Shown: one piece after another, positions 51,349 through 64,000 of the stretch
Layout: each line of letters opens with the position of its first letter
Position numbering within the stretch: position 1 is the first letter of the stretch
From: Felis catus
Taxonomy: Eukaryota
Reading direction: 5' to 3'
DNA: 64,000 nucleotides
NCBI RefSeq assembly: GCF_018350175.1
Contig: NC_058373.1
Coordinates: 101,062,001-101,126,000, forward strand
Position numbers and translations under genes: made by a program
The notes under the pieces: model-generated
Told to the model about the DNA's origin: nothing
The model's database searches: none
Seen by the model: the letters and a program-made list of their open reading frames with translations, nothing else

Positions 51349-52243
51349 TCACAGGGTCCCCCTTAGGATCTCTTGTAGGGCTGGTTTAGTGGTGACAAAT
51401 TCCTTCAGTTTTTGTTTGTTTGGGAAGACCTTTATCTCTCCTTCTATTCTAAATGACTGACTTGCTGGATAAAGGATTCTCGGCTGCATATTTTTTCTGT
51501 CTAGCACCCTGACAATCTCGTGCCAATTCTTTCTGGCCTGCCAAGTTTCAAAAGAGAGATCAGTCACGAGTCTTATAGGTCTCCCTTTATATGTGAGGGC
51601 ACGTTTATCCCTTGCTGCTTTCAGAATTTTCTCTTTATCCTTGTATTTTGCCAGTTTCACTATGATATGTCGTGCAGAAGATCGATTCAAGTTACGTCTG
51701 AAGGGAGTTCTCTGTGCCTCTTGGATTTCAATGCCTTTTTCCTTCCCCAGTTCAGGGAAGTTCTCAGCTATTATTTCTTCAAGTACCCCTTCAGCACCTT
51801 TCCCTCTCTCTTCCTCCTCTGGGATACCAATTATGCGTATATTATTTCTTTTTAGTGTATCACTTAGTTCTCTAATTTTCCCCTCATACTCCTGGATTTT
51901 TTTTATCTCTCTTTTTCTCAGCTTCCTCTTTTTCCATAACTTTATCTTCTAGTTCACCTATTCTCTCCTCTGCCTCTTCAATCCGAGCCGTGGTGGTTTC
52001 CATTTTGTTATGCATTTCGTTTAAGGCGTTTTTCAGCTCCTCGTGACTGTTCCTTAGTCCCTTGATCTCTGTAGCAAGAGATTCTCTGCTGTCCTCTATA
52101 CTGTTTTCAAGCCCAGCGATTAATTTTATGACTATTATTCTAAATTCACTTTCTGTTATATTATTTAAATCCTTTTTGATCAGCTCATTAGCTGTTGTTA
52201 TTTCCTGGAGATTCTTCTGAGGGGAATTCTTCCGCTTGGTCAT
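51349..52243 (-). pseudogene. L1 ORF1p (about 297 aa if repaired), +1 frameshift in an A-run
   Basis: MTKRKNSPQK..coiled coil..RHIIVKL..QPRILYPA..KPALQEIL; 8 A rather than 7 at about 51897-51904. Confidence 0.93.
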
Positions 52244-53172
52244 TTTGGATAGTCCCTGGCGTGGTGAGGACCTGCAGGGCACTTCTCCTGTGCTGTGGTG
52301 TATAACTGGAGTTGGTGGGCGGAGCCACAGTCAGACCTGATGTCTGCCCCCAGCCCACTGCTGGGGCCACAGTCAGACTGGTGTGTGCCTTCTCTTCCCC
52401 TCTCCTAGGGGCGGGATTCACTGTGGGGTGGCGTGGCCTGTCTGGGCTACTTGCACACTGCCAGGCTTGTGATGCTGGGGATCTGGCGTATTAGCTGGGG
52501 TGGGTAGGCCAGGTGCACAGGGGCAGTAGAGGCAGGCTTAGCTCGCTTCCCCTTAGGTGATCCACTTCAGGAGGGGCCCTGTGGCAGCGGGAGGGAGTCA
52601 GATCCGCTGCCGGAGGTTTGGCTCCGCAGAAGCGCAGAGTTGGGTGTTTGCACGGAGCGAGCAAGTTCCCTGGCAGGAACTGGTTCTCTTTGGGATTTTG
52701 GCTGGGGGATGGGCGGGGGAGATGGCGCTGGCGAGCGCCTTTGTTCCCCACCAAGCTGAGCTCTGTCGTCAGGGGGCTCAGCAGCTCTCCCTCCCTTTGT
52801 CCTCCAGCCTTCCCGCTTTCCGAGCAGAGCTGTTCACTTATGACCTCCCAGACGCTAAGTCGCGCTTGTTGTGGGAACACAGTCCGTCAGGCCCCTCCGC
52901 TTTTGCCAGCCAGACTCGGGGGCTCTGCTTGGCCGGCGAGCCGCCCCTCCGCCCCGGCTCCCTCCCGCCAGTCCGTGGAGCGCGCACCGCCTCGCCGCCC
53001 TTCCTACCTTCTTCCGTGGGCCTCTCGTCTGCGCTTGGCTCCGGCGACTCCGTTCTGCTAATCCTCTCGCGGTTTTCTGGGTTATTTAGGCAGGTGTAGG
53101 TGGAATCTAAGTGATCAGCAGGACGCACGGTGAGCCCAGCGTCCTCCTACGCCGCCATCTTCCTCTTCCGCC
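52244..53172 (-). promoter_or_regulatory. L1 5'UTR internal Pol II promoter / CpG island with terminal YY1 site
   Basis: High GC and CpG; AAGATGGCGGC (gccgccatctt, 53151-53161) at the 5' tip matches the YY1 consensus. Confidence 0.8.
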
Positions 53173-54329
53173 ACCTTTGCCCTGGTTTTATACCTTCCCT
53201 CTGAGTCAAGTCTCCACTTGCATGATTCCCATTTATTAAGCACCTAAATGGTGCCTGATGCTAAGGATTTACAGGGGAAATGGACCCCATCTCCACCATG
53301 AAGGCTCTCCATCCAGTGCACAGGGAACCAAGTATTTACCTCCTCCCCTCACACTTTTGTTCCTGCTGTGCTGAGTATATCAAAATGCAGAGCAATGAAT
53401 CCTCTGGGGTTGCACCTGAGACACATGAGCATTCAGGTGAGGTTAATAATTCGGCATGCCTCCAGGTGATCTTCTTTACATAGTCTCTAGACATTACCCA
53501 GAGCAGCAGCTAAGTGCAAGAGAAAGGAAGAAAAAAGAAACTCATATCCCTGTTCAGCGTTGCTTCTGTGGTGCTGAGAGCATCAGGCAAACTTTCTATG
53601 TGGAGAAGCCTGGAATTAGGGTATGGGTGGAGCCATACCTAACATCTGTATTTTATTTGGCCTTTACTTTGATGGACATTTTCTCTCTAAGGGTATGTCA
53701 TGACCTCGTGGTGTGTCTAATTCTGTGATGGATGACATTGTAACAGAGTTCTATTCTATAGTCTCTCCCCTTCTCTCATGTTAATTCCTGCCCTGTTACA
53801 CAGAATTCGATGTCTCTAGAAGTTAAATATCTTAAGATTTTTGGCTTCTCTGGCATGAAGCCACCCATAACTGACCTAGGTCTTTGATTTCTTATAGAAA
53901 TCTAGCATATGCTTATGACAAGGTATTTGATTGGCTCAAACAAATAAACATGAATATGATTGATCTACAGGCTCTGTTTAGACATTCAGATGCTTGGTTT
54001 GACTGGTCTACTTAGATCATTTTTGGCCCCATGAAATGATAGACATTTTTTTTTTTTTTTTGCTTTTCACAGTATTAAAAATAAGGTATCTTCAGATGGT
54101 TCATGATTTCCTTATTCCTCCCCATGCTTCCCACACACCCCTTTTGCTTCCCAGAGGTGTAATTGTTCTTTGGGCTGTGCCCAATCCCTTCAATAATGCA
54201 AGGCAGAAGATGTCTCACAGCAATCAAACTAATGAAATATAAAAGGTTATTAAGAGAAGAAAATTTCATAAATATCTATAGGGCAATGGGACCATGAGCA
54301 ATAAGCTTCATGAGAATATAATAACATGT

Positions 54330-55060
54330 CTTTGTATCTTTCATGAGGCTCTCTGAGTGCTTTATGTACTAGTCAGTATTATTAGTCTACAGATGAAGAC
54401 ATTGACACATAGAGAGATGTGCATTCCCAAGGTCATACAGAGTCGAGAGCAGAGCAGCAAAAGGAAGAGTGAGTACACATCCTACAAAGCTCTATTTATA
54501 CCAAGTGTGATTTCAGAAGAGAGGAACAAAGCTCATGAGTGAAAACAAAGCACCACGTATTTCTCTTATTCCAGACAAAGGTCTGAGAGAGGAGAGAATG
54601 GAGAAAGAGAGAAAGAAAGCAGGGTTTGAGTTTACATGATGGGAAAGAAAGATATTTGTCTGACATTTGGTTTTAAAACATTTTCGGCAATAACTGTGTA
54701 AATAATTACATGAGCCAAAGTAAAAATTATGTAGTTTAAAATCAACTTACCTTTTTTTCCCCCATTTAAATCCTGCACAAGCCTGCTGCCTCCACCAAAG
54801 CTACCAAAGCTACCAAAGCACCATAGTTCACTTTCCTTCATAGTTCCTGGCACATCACAATCTCTTAAAGAGCTACTGAATGAATAAATGATAAATAGAT
54901 AGATAAATAGAAAAATAGATAGATAGATAGAAAGGTATTGATCCCTATCTTAATATTAATTACCATCCCAATGATGAGAATGCCGGCTAAGAACAAGTAA
55001 TTTGGACAAAGTCACACAAGTAGCTCATGGTAGAGCTGGGATTTCTAACTCTCCCTCTGT
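54330..55060. mobile_element. Degenerate MIR and L2 fragments
   Basis: 'tctacagatgaagacattga', 'cccaaggtcatacag', 'gttcctggcacat..tgaatgaataaatga', 'aaagtcacacaagtagc..ggtagagctgggattt'. Confidence 0.5.
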
Positions 55061-58000
55061 GTCCTCAAGTTAAAAGGCTTATCAGAGTATTTCAAACACA
55101 TACAGTGCTCTTCTTAGAAAAGATCCAGCAAATATAATGTTCTCCGTTTTGTTACATTTTCAGCAATGTTCGAGAATGTCATGAACTTTCACTATCCCAC
55201 ATTGTCTAGGTCTACCTTAAATTCCTCACCAAAGTTTTATGTCATTAGTTTAGCAATGGAATATCATTTCACTGTGACCTCTCTAGTGCTATTGTTTCAT
55301 CAAGTGTATTTTGTAACTTCAATTTTAGGTTCTTTGTGAAGGCACAGGTCTTGTGTTATTTACATTTTTGCATGACCCTCAGCATCTCGTGCTGTGTTAT
55401 TCACATAGTAGTAGATACTTAGGACTTTTAGCAAATAGATTTAAATGAAAGGACATCATTAGTGCCTCTCTGTGATTGAACATTAAGATACACCAAGGAG
55501 GTTTCTATCATTCTCATAGCCAACATCTTATCATTATAAGGTCCACTAAAGCAATAATCAATGATCCAGACCTAGTCCATGAGACAGGTCCAAAAAATAA
55601 AGAAATCTGACGTATCAAGATACAGTAGTCTCTGTGCTTTGTTACTTTGTCCTCAATAAATGATGACACTCACTTGGATTAAAGTGATATAACTCAAAAT
55701 TCAATATTTTTTAGGTCCTGCTAGGTATGAGAAATATTGAAGCCTTTAGGACCACATTATATCCAAATGGGGATATTTTTACAGTTCTCAGATGTACCAG
55801 AAACCATATGTGTGACCATCTCCCACATTTATAACATGATTAGTAGTTTCTATTCTCATCAAAGTGAAAGGAAAGCACTGGTTGTACCAAAGGGAGGGAG
55901 GGCCACATAGCCAATGGGTTCCAATGACCTAAGCACAAAGTATGATCTACAAAAAAATATCCAATGGCTGCACTAATCCAAAGAAGTTGGTAGGCCATGT
56001 TTGTTAAGAATGGAACTTTCTTGCACAGGTACTGACAGCTGGTAATGAGATACAGAAACTGTTACCACATCAGTAGCCCCAATTCTTCCTGGCCTGGAGC
56101 TTTCCCAAGATTTGTGCCCTCTGCTACCGTGTTTATGATACACAACACAGCATGGGCTGCTGAACGTGCCCATTTTTCAGTTCAAGGGGTGCTCAACCAT
56201 TTCTTCCACATCTTTACTCATGAGAAGTGATTTTTCCAAATTCGTAGATGCTGGAAATGACCCAAACATAGCTCACTAAACTAATTTCCCTCAGAATTTT
56301 TAACTGCATGTGCATTTGAGCATAAACACTATCCATATGTTTCTGATTCATTTACACTGAACTCATCAAAGGACTGTGTTGTAAGAGTTGTTTGATGTCC
56401 AAGAATACTTGAGGTTTTTTTTTTTTTTTAATGGAATTTTATACTTTCTTTCACCATTTTTCTTAGGAAGCCAAATGCTGTTGAGAGTAAACAAACTTGG
56501 ACCCCCAAGGATCTGGGGTTTACCCTTATATACAAAACTCAGGAAGATAATTTGACAGCTTGGCAGGAAAGGCATCCCTAGCCTTGGGTATATGTTGGCA
56601 CTATGCCCCAAAGGATAGGAAGGCCTTAGGGTGAGCAAGGAAACTTCTTTCAGGAGACCTTCTTTCATTTGGTGGTTTATTCGTTTCAATTCCAAAAATT
56701 CATCCCAAACTCTTGGACACTACTTGAGGTCTCTCCCTTGCCAGTTTGAAGAGAAAGCTTAAAATGTTGCTACTGTAATTGTCCTTTATTTTTTGGAAGG
56801 GAACTGCACGAGACTTTTTAAGAGAATAGTATTTGTCCACCTGAGCGCATCGTGTCGTCCTACACTTATATGCTAAAAAGACAAGACAAGCATCTCTGGC
56901 TACAGCTGAGAACTAATTAAAGTTGCTCTTTTACAAACATTATGTGGCTCATTCCATTCTTCCTTGATTAAGAACAAAAGAGAAGGGAGTCATTTATTGC
57001 CATGAGTCACTTGAGGTACAATGGAAGGAATTCCAAGACGCTGCTGAGACAAAACAAAACTGACATTATGAAAGCCATGTCTACGCACTAATTTAAACTG
57101 TCAACTTACTACCAAGGAAGACTCCTAACAGACAGAGAATTAAAGCTTTAAAGACCTCATAAATCACTGAGGAGATTAGCACCAGCATGAATGAGTTAAA
57201 ATACATTTCTGCCTTCAGAGTGTTAGACTGGTTCAAAGCAGTCCTCTAGGATTTGACGGGAAAATTAGTTGTAATAACTAGGAAGAGAAAAATTCTCAAA
57301 TATAGCTTCTTGGGGATTTGGGAGTGCAAGCTTCACCCACCACAGTTATTTCAGGTACTTGAGTTAGTGAAATATAATATAGACGTTTTCAGGACCTAGT
57401 ATATAGCACAATAAAAATGACTTGAAAACTGTTAGAATTCAAAAACATTATTTACAAATACCAAACATTTTTCCAACCCCCAAACCACTAAAAATAGCTA
57501 AAATGTCAACCTAAACGTATGACTCAGCAGCGGTTTTAACACCACTGCGTCCATCTCCTATTTCTTATTTGTGCCTCTCTCCAAGAATCCTGCTGCATAT
57601 GTGTTATTCTCCGGCAAGACCCATCACTGTGGCCCCCATTAGGTGGAGTTTCCAAGCTCTGTTGCCAACACCAAGAATTCTTCAGAGAAAACTTCGTGGG
57701 GATTTCCATTAATTTTTATATTTTAATATTGCCTCTTGAGGGCTTTGGGGTTGACAATAAAGGCACTTCTTACTCCAGTGTGAGCATCTTCACCTGCTGA
57801 TGAAAGTGGGTGAATAAGGGTCTCTTGTTCCCAGGTGGTCTGTACCCAGAAAGGCTAAGAGACTGCTACAAGAGAGAAACCATTGGGGGTTATGCAACTT
57901 TTCAAGAGATAAGAGGCAGAGAAATGCGAACTCTGAGAGTTAAATCACACTGTGCTAACTCTTCTCTCCACTCCCAAGGTCTCAACTAATCATTTCCCCT

Positions 58001-60493
58001 ATGGGTTCTTTCCCAGAGACCCCATAAAATAAAACTGTGTTTCCTAAGTCACTGGTGCACTCTAGATGATCTCTGTGACTTCTATCTTATCACATCTCTG
58101 CCTGTCCAGGAACGACTTTCTGAAGTACATGTTGATCTGGTCTCTTCCTTCCCCAAGTCGGAAACTTTTGCATGCAGTAATTTTATTCCATTCCTTGATT
58201 TTTTTTTTCTTTTGGCTTAAGCCAAAGTGATACAGAAATCCACATGGAAAAGAGTGGAACATAATTGCTACAGTCTTCAGACTGAATCCACCCTTATCCA
58301 GGATACAGCTGCTATGTTCTCCTTTCTTCTCAGGCACTCTGCTTCTCTCCCTCTGCCTCCCTTCCCCACTAGTAGCAATTGTCAAAAGCAGTCAGAAATG
58401 GCTTAAGGGCTGATACAGAACACTAACCAAACATTTATGGAAACATCTTTAGGTGGCGCCAGTTGATTCAACCACACGCATCCAGCTATAGGGCATTCAC
58501 CCCCAAGTTTCAAATCATAAAACTTAGACCCCAGCTTGGACACAGGGCTCAGGACCCCGTTAAAGATGTGGATTGCTCCAGAAGCTTTTTGTCCAGGGTC
58601 ATATCTATGTCAGTCTTCTGCCCAATGGGAATCTTAGTTTAACTTTGTAGTGGTGCTACAGAGGTTGAATTACAGTCATGTTACTCTAAATTCAGTTCTT
58701 TAATGCCAAAACTATTGCACTTTATTCCTTTTTGGAAAGGAGACAGGAAGCATGCAATGTAATCGAGACCCCTCCTCAGGCTCCCCTTCCAGATTCTAAA
58801 ATAAAACTCAGATCAGAAACTGCAGAAGTGGTCTCAATAAAACTGTTGTAAAGGGCATCCTGCTTCTTTGAGGATAGGTTTGATAGCATACCCATAAAGC
58901 CCCATAGAGCCACGGACTCATCCTCAAACTACTCTTTGGCCAATTATAAGATGAAAGACACTCAGTTCCATCCCTAACTCCCAACAAGACCACCACTCTA
59001 TCTCATGTCTTCTGAACTTGCTCCAATTGGCAAGTGGTAATTTCCACACAACTTCCACATAAGAATCATAAGAGGTGCCTTGTCTGGAGACTAGAATAGG
59101 ATCTCAACAGTGCAACCTACCTGAGTATGACACCCTCAGAAAGGAACCGAATGATCAAGATCTGTTATCTGCTTCTGAATAACATTGTCTGCTTTTTACT
59201 GATCCCTGGATCTCAAAGCTGAAGCTGTGTGAAAACCCTACTAGCCCAGTTCAATTGACTTGCAGCTCTTTCCAGGCTCTTAATTCATCATGAACTCATA
59301 GATGTTTTCAGGCTCCTGTGGTTCTTTTAGAAAAGTATACCATGTATTAGGCAGAAACCCTGGCATCAGGAAGGGGCCAGCTTGCCAGCACTTGAAGTGC
59401 CGATGAATGATTTGATTTGGTTACACTATTTAAAGCTCTGAGTGTAGGGAACACCTTGCATAGCCAGAAACCATGCTTTCTGTTTATAGGTCAAATGACT
59501 AGCCACTTAGAGAATCATAAAGATCATATTTGGATTTGGCCATCTCTTGCTGACATTCCTCCTATGTTTGTAAACATTGCTGACTTTGACCCCAATCTCT
59601 CACAAATCCATGACCAACACCAAACAGCCACAGAGGAGCTGCAGAACATAATGTGATTCTGTAATGCAAAACAGGATGGCTTGCTAAATGTGCAGATCTG
59701 GAGAGAATTCCTGACATAATCCTTCTTACGTCTTTTATGATAATCATTTCCATCTTCAGAACACACACAAGCAGTGCTCCTTGGATATTGCTTCTGGAGG
59801 CTGGACTACAATCCCTTCTGCTGAGGGAACTTCATATGATAGGGCACTGGGACAATGAGTATGCAAACAGGACACAATATTTCCTGCAGAAGTAGAAACA
59901 AGCAAAGAAAACCCAGAGACTGATTAGCTGGAAGATGCTTCTGCAGAAGGAAAATATAAGATAACAACCACTCTCCCCAAAACGTGTAAATCAGCTCCAG
60001 TCATAACTTGAACATGACTCATCCATGTATTCAGTTAGTGGACATTTATTGAGTGCCTACTATGAGCCATGAGTACACTGTTTGGGAAAGGTCCATTTAT
60101 GACCAAGAGACTATGAGGTGAAATTTATTAGCAATCTCATATTTTAATAGTCATACCAAACAAAGTCAGTCTCACCTCACAGAGCATAGAAATGGAGTCT
60201 TCACGGTAGGCCAGGAATATTTGTTTAAAATACAGTTACCACTTTCAAATAGATAAAAACTATAAAACACTGGGTAGACTGAAAATGGGAGGAGCCTGCG
60301 TTGATTACATAAACAAAGGGAAAAAAGCTGGATTTTGATTTCCACCCCGCCAGAACCTTGTAGAAATGCCATCTGGAATCAACTCTTCTCAACTTCAATT
60401 GTCAGGACACACGGATGGCTTTCCTCTAGGAAGTCAGCTTTGTAAAGCAAATGTGTGAAGATCCCTGTATCTTTCATTAAAAACCCCAGTCCA

Positions 60494-60712
60494 GGGGCGC
60501 CTGGGTGGCTCAGTGGGTTGGGCGGCCAACTTCGGCTCAGGTCATGATCTCGCGGTCTGTGAGTTCGAGCCCCGCGTCGGGCTCTGTGCTGACAGCTCAG
60601 AGCCTGGAGCCTGTTTCAGATCCTGTGTCTCCCTTTCTCTGACCTTCCCCTGTTCATGCTCTGTCTCTCCCTGTCTCAAAAATAAATAAAACGTTAAAAA
60701 AAAATTTTTTTT
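60494..60712 (+). mobile_element. Young CanSINE
   Basis: CpGs intact; TSD aaaccccagtccag at 60481-60494 and 60713-60726. Confidence 0.95.
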
Positions 60713-61540
60713 AAACCCCAGTCCAGTGCAGTTGTGAGGAAGTCTAGTAAAGTGGGCACAAGGCCGTGGTCCTGAGTTATATTCTTTGTATGCTATATCT
60801 GGTGGACTTCAAGGAGAAATGACACCCTTGGATCATTTTTACAGGTTTGCAAAAATACTATGAGGAAAACAAAGAAGTATGGATCCGATCTGGGACAAGT
60901 TTACACTCATGGGAACATTTCACTCATACAATTGTCACTAACTATACCTCAGGGATGAGGTAATCTCAAATCTCAAAGAATTTATAATCAGTCTAATAGA
61001 TCACTATTTCATGAATTTGTTTCTGAGTCATAATAGCAGTAAATCTAGTCCAAACCAGTAGAGAGGAAGAAAAGGAGGGGCTTTGAACCTAAGGAAGAGT
61101 ATAATAATAAGATGATAATAAATGCCCATATCGGCAGAACATCCTAGTGTATGCAGCATTTTTTGTGTTTTACCATACATAATCTCATTGTTCCTTTTTT
61201 TCTTATAATAGTCTTGTGAGCTATACATTATTAAACTTTTCTGGTAGATAGGAAGAGAGACTGATAGGGCAAACCTTGCCTAAAACTCTACAGTTTCCAC
61301 ACTTAAAGTCAAGCTTCTGATTGTAAGACCTGTGGTCCTTACCTTATAATGCATTGTTTTTTGGAGACTTTTCAAAGTCACATATTTATATCCGTTCAGA
61401 GGAATATGACATGCAATGCAGAAAAAGATTTTTTCAAAATTTTTACATACATAGTTTTACATAGTTTTTACACAGACAAAATAATGCTGCTGCCACCACC
61501 ACCATCACCATATCTAATCCTGACTTGTTTAGGCATTTTA

Positions 61541-61774
61541 TTTATTTATTTATTAGTATTTTTTTTTAATGTTTATTTTTGACAGAGAGAGAGAGAGAGA
61601 GACAGAACATGAGCAGGGGAGGGGCAGAGAGAGTGGGAGACACAGAATCCGAAGCAGTCTCCAGGCTCTGAGCTGTCAGCACGGAGCCCCACGCGGGGCT
61701 CGAACTCACAGACGGTGACATCATGACCTGAGCCGAAGTCCGACGCTCAACGGACTGAGCCACCCAGGCGCCCC
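61541..61774 (-). mobile_element. CanSINE
   Basis: Reverse head; TSD tgtttag(gc/cg)atttta. Confidence 0.92.
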
Positions 61775-64000
61775 TGTTTAGCGATTTTAAAATACACAGT
61801 GCAAATTGCCCAAGGACAGCAGTACAACACCTGCAAACAAGTTTTATGCCACTTTATTGTGAGATGCTTTCTCAGGAAGGGAATCTTACATGAATATATC
61901 TGAGTGACTATGCAAACGGCACCAGGTTCATATAAAACCTTACTCCCGAAGAGTCCAAAAACCTAATCCAATGCAAAACTAGACTACAGACGATCCTCCC
62001 AAATTTTTATCTGTATCTTTTTTCTCTCTGGAAGTGTTAAAAATTGCCCTAGGAAGTCCATACACTTTCCTTTTTATGTGGTAACTACAATGTCTCAGAT
62101 GTTAGAAAGAACAAAAGTGAAGTTGTTGTTGTCTTAGTATGGAAATGAAATTCTAAGACCTTCGCAATATGAAACCTATCAAACAATGAGTCAGCAGGCT
62201 TTGCAGATGATATCTTTCCATTGCCTTCACTGGTGATTGAGCCCATTATACACAAGGAGAAAACAAAGGCCCAAGTAAGATAATGGTTTTAGGTAAGAAA
62301 TTTACCAGAAATGTTAGTTGAATAAAACCCTACAGAAAATATTCCATTATCAACGTATCTTTTAAGAAAACTGGATTCAAAAAGTTATAATGCTTAAAGG
62401 AAAAAAGGACATGTACTTGAAAGTAGACAGTAATTTGATTTTTTTCTACGTCCGTCAGAGGAAATCCTAAAATTAAGTGTGATCGTTTTGTGGAAAAGAA
62501 AAAGCTAAGCATGAGCTGAACCTGAAATAAGAAAGCTCTTGGGATGAGAAGCTTCCTTGCCATTCTTACAAACAGTATGTCCCACATCTGCTAAAATAAA
62601 TAATTAAAATTCAGTTCAACTTAACAAATTCGTAGTAAGTAGGCCATGCCCAAGGAATTGTGTTAGGTGCTAAGCAAGTGGAAGAAAGAATGCAAAGAAG
62701 TTTAAGATTTATTTATTCTCCTCAAGGAACTTATAATCTGTAAGAGTAGTGACTACCTTCCTTCTGCTTTTCTTCTGTCTTCCAGTGAAGAAATGTAATT
62801 ACACATAATCAAACCAATTCTGATCAGTTCACAAACCGGAGGTGAAACTTATTGGGTAAAGTCTGAATAAATTGTGTGCTGAACTGGGCGTACTGGATTT
62901 TTCTCTAGTTCTCAGATCAAAATCTTTTACAGAGATCAAAACTTTTTAAGTCTTCTAAAATTCTGCTTCCCAATTTCCATCTTTAAGGTGAGACAAATAA
63001 CGTATGCACATCCTTCCTCACATAAAGAAACAGCTAAAAATTTTAAGCTTCCTTTTCAAGTAGAAACTTTAATCAATCTAATGTAACTTAATCATCAATC
63101 AAATTTTAATTGCACACACACACAAAAGAAAGCAAGGAAGACAGATCTAGGCATTCATCAAGTTAATGGATTGCTAAGTACGTCTAGATGGCCTAATAAT
63201 AACTGAATAGCTCTTCTCAGCTTGTAATTCAGCTATTCACGATTAAGCCCTATTATATGAAATTATGTCATCACATATACTCTATTCAGATTTAGAATTT
63301 GTTTTAAGATACTTAGAATTTCACTCTGGTTAAAGAAATGAAAAATACATAACCAAAGCCATCTACTTTTTGAGATGAAATGTGGAATTAAAATTTGAAT
63401 AAAATCCAACTATAACAGCAATCTTGGATCAGAAGTTAAGTTGTAATGACTACTAAGATAAGAAAGGTTAAAAATGTTCTGCGACAACTTATACCCACTT
63501 ACAGAATTACAGACACCATTTAGGAAAAATTTAGCATGAGGCAGTGCAGGGGAGGGCACCAAGTTGGAAGCTATAAGGAATGCCAAAGACTTAAGAAAGA
63601 TTCTTCCTCTCGAGGAGTTTAACCACGTATTTGAGAATGAAAGATACGCAAGTGAGCTGACCAAGGACATCTGTGCAGAATGAAGGTGAGGTGGAGAGGG
63701 GCAAAGAGTCAAGGAAGAGATAATCAGGGGATTCTGTCTTCTGTCCTCCAAGAATGCCAATAAACCTCAAAAACTGGGGACCAGTGGTGGAAGTTTCCTG
63801 GGAATTTGAAAAGAAAAGTGTTCTGAATGTATACGTAGATATGAATTTTCTTTGTGGAATCCTGAAAAAAATTATCATAATAGCAAGTACTCAATAAATG
63901 GGTATTTATTACTGCTATTATTGTTATTAGAAATTATTAGGTTTATACATAGAAGTTATAGAGAGTAACTTCATAAAGCCCCACTAATCTTAATTTGAAT

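Larger units (their letters stand above)
47237..53172 (-). mobile_element. Full-length young felid LINE-1 (about 5.9 kb)
   Basis: CpG-rich 5'UTR, ORF1, 50-nt inter-ORF spacer, ORF2 (EN, RT, Cys domain), 3'UTR with G-tract, AATAAA (tttatt 47263-47268) and short polyA. Confidence 0.98.

Noticed and set aside
48315..51952. Plus-strand ORFs antisense to L1 ORF1 and ORF2
   Set aside because: By-products of codon structure on the opposite strand of the L1 coding sequence.
398..61763. Recurrent ~60-100 aa ORFs of the type MAQSV...SVLTAQSLEPASDSVSPSLSAPP
   Set aside because: All are CanSINE translations, not a gene family.
762..62195. Scattered AP-1 TGA(C/G)TCA sites
   Set aside because: The number seen is roughly what a 7-mer gives by chance in 64 kb.
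53173..64000. Lower SINE density to the right of the L1, and short ORFs at 55973, 59417, 62330 and 63410
   Set aside because: The 10-31 kb interval is equally SINE-poor. None of the peptides is recognisable, though small unrecognised exons cannot be excluded without alignment.

Overview
Non-coding, repeat-rich mammalian genomic DNA from a carnivore, most likely a felid. The evidence is about 26 tRNA-derived CanSINEs, several of the young cat type, plus carnivore-type LINE-1. I found no host protein-coding exon or RNA gene that I can support. Nearly all ORFs in the track come from SINE, L1, L2 or microsatellite sequence. The main feature is a full-length ~5.9 kb L1 on the minus strand (47237-53172) with a CpG-rich 5'UTR, an ORF1 with one frameshift and an ORF2 with one nonsense codon and a -1/+1 indel pair. 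Other features are 5'-truncated and 5'-inverted young L1s, ancient L1M, L2, MIR and CR1 fragments, and DNA-transposon fossils (Charlie/hAT, Tigger-like, pogo-like, MER5-like). I do not see a new multi-gene system. The best leads are records of mutational mechanisms. (1) A twin-primed L1 keeps only ~70 nt of its 3' end and lacks ~4.3 kb internally. (2) Perfect hairpins sit inside a heavily decayed L1, probably from template switching. (3) The full-length L1 has no target-site duplication (TSD). (4) An antisense ORF0-like frame lies in the L1 5'UTR. (5) SINEs reuse the same target sites. Subfamily names come from recalled consensus sequences, not a database search, and element boundaries are approximate.
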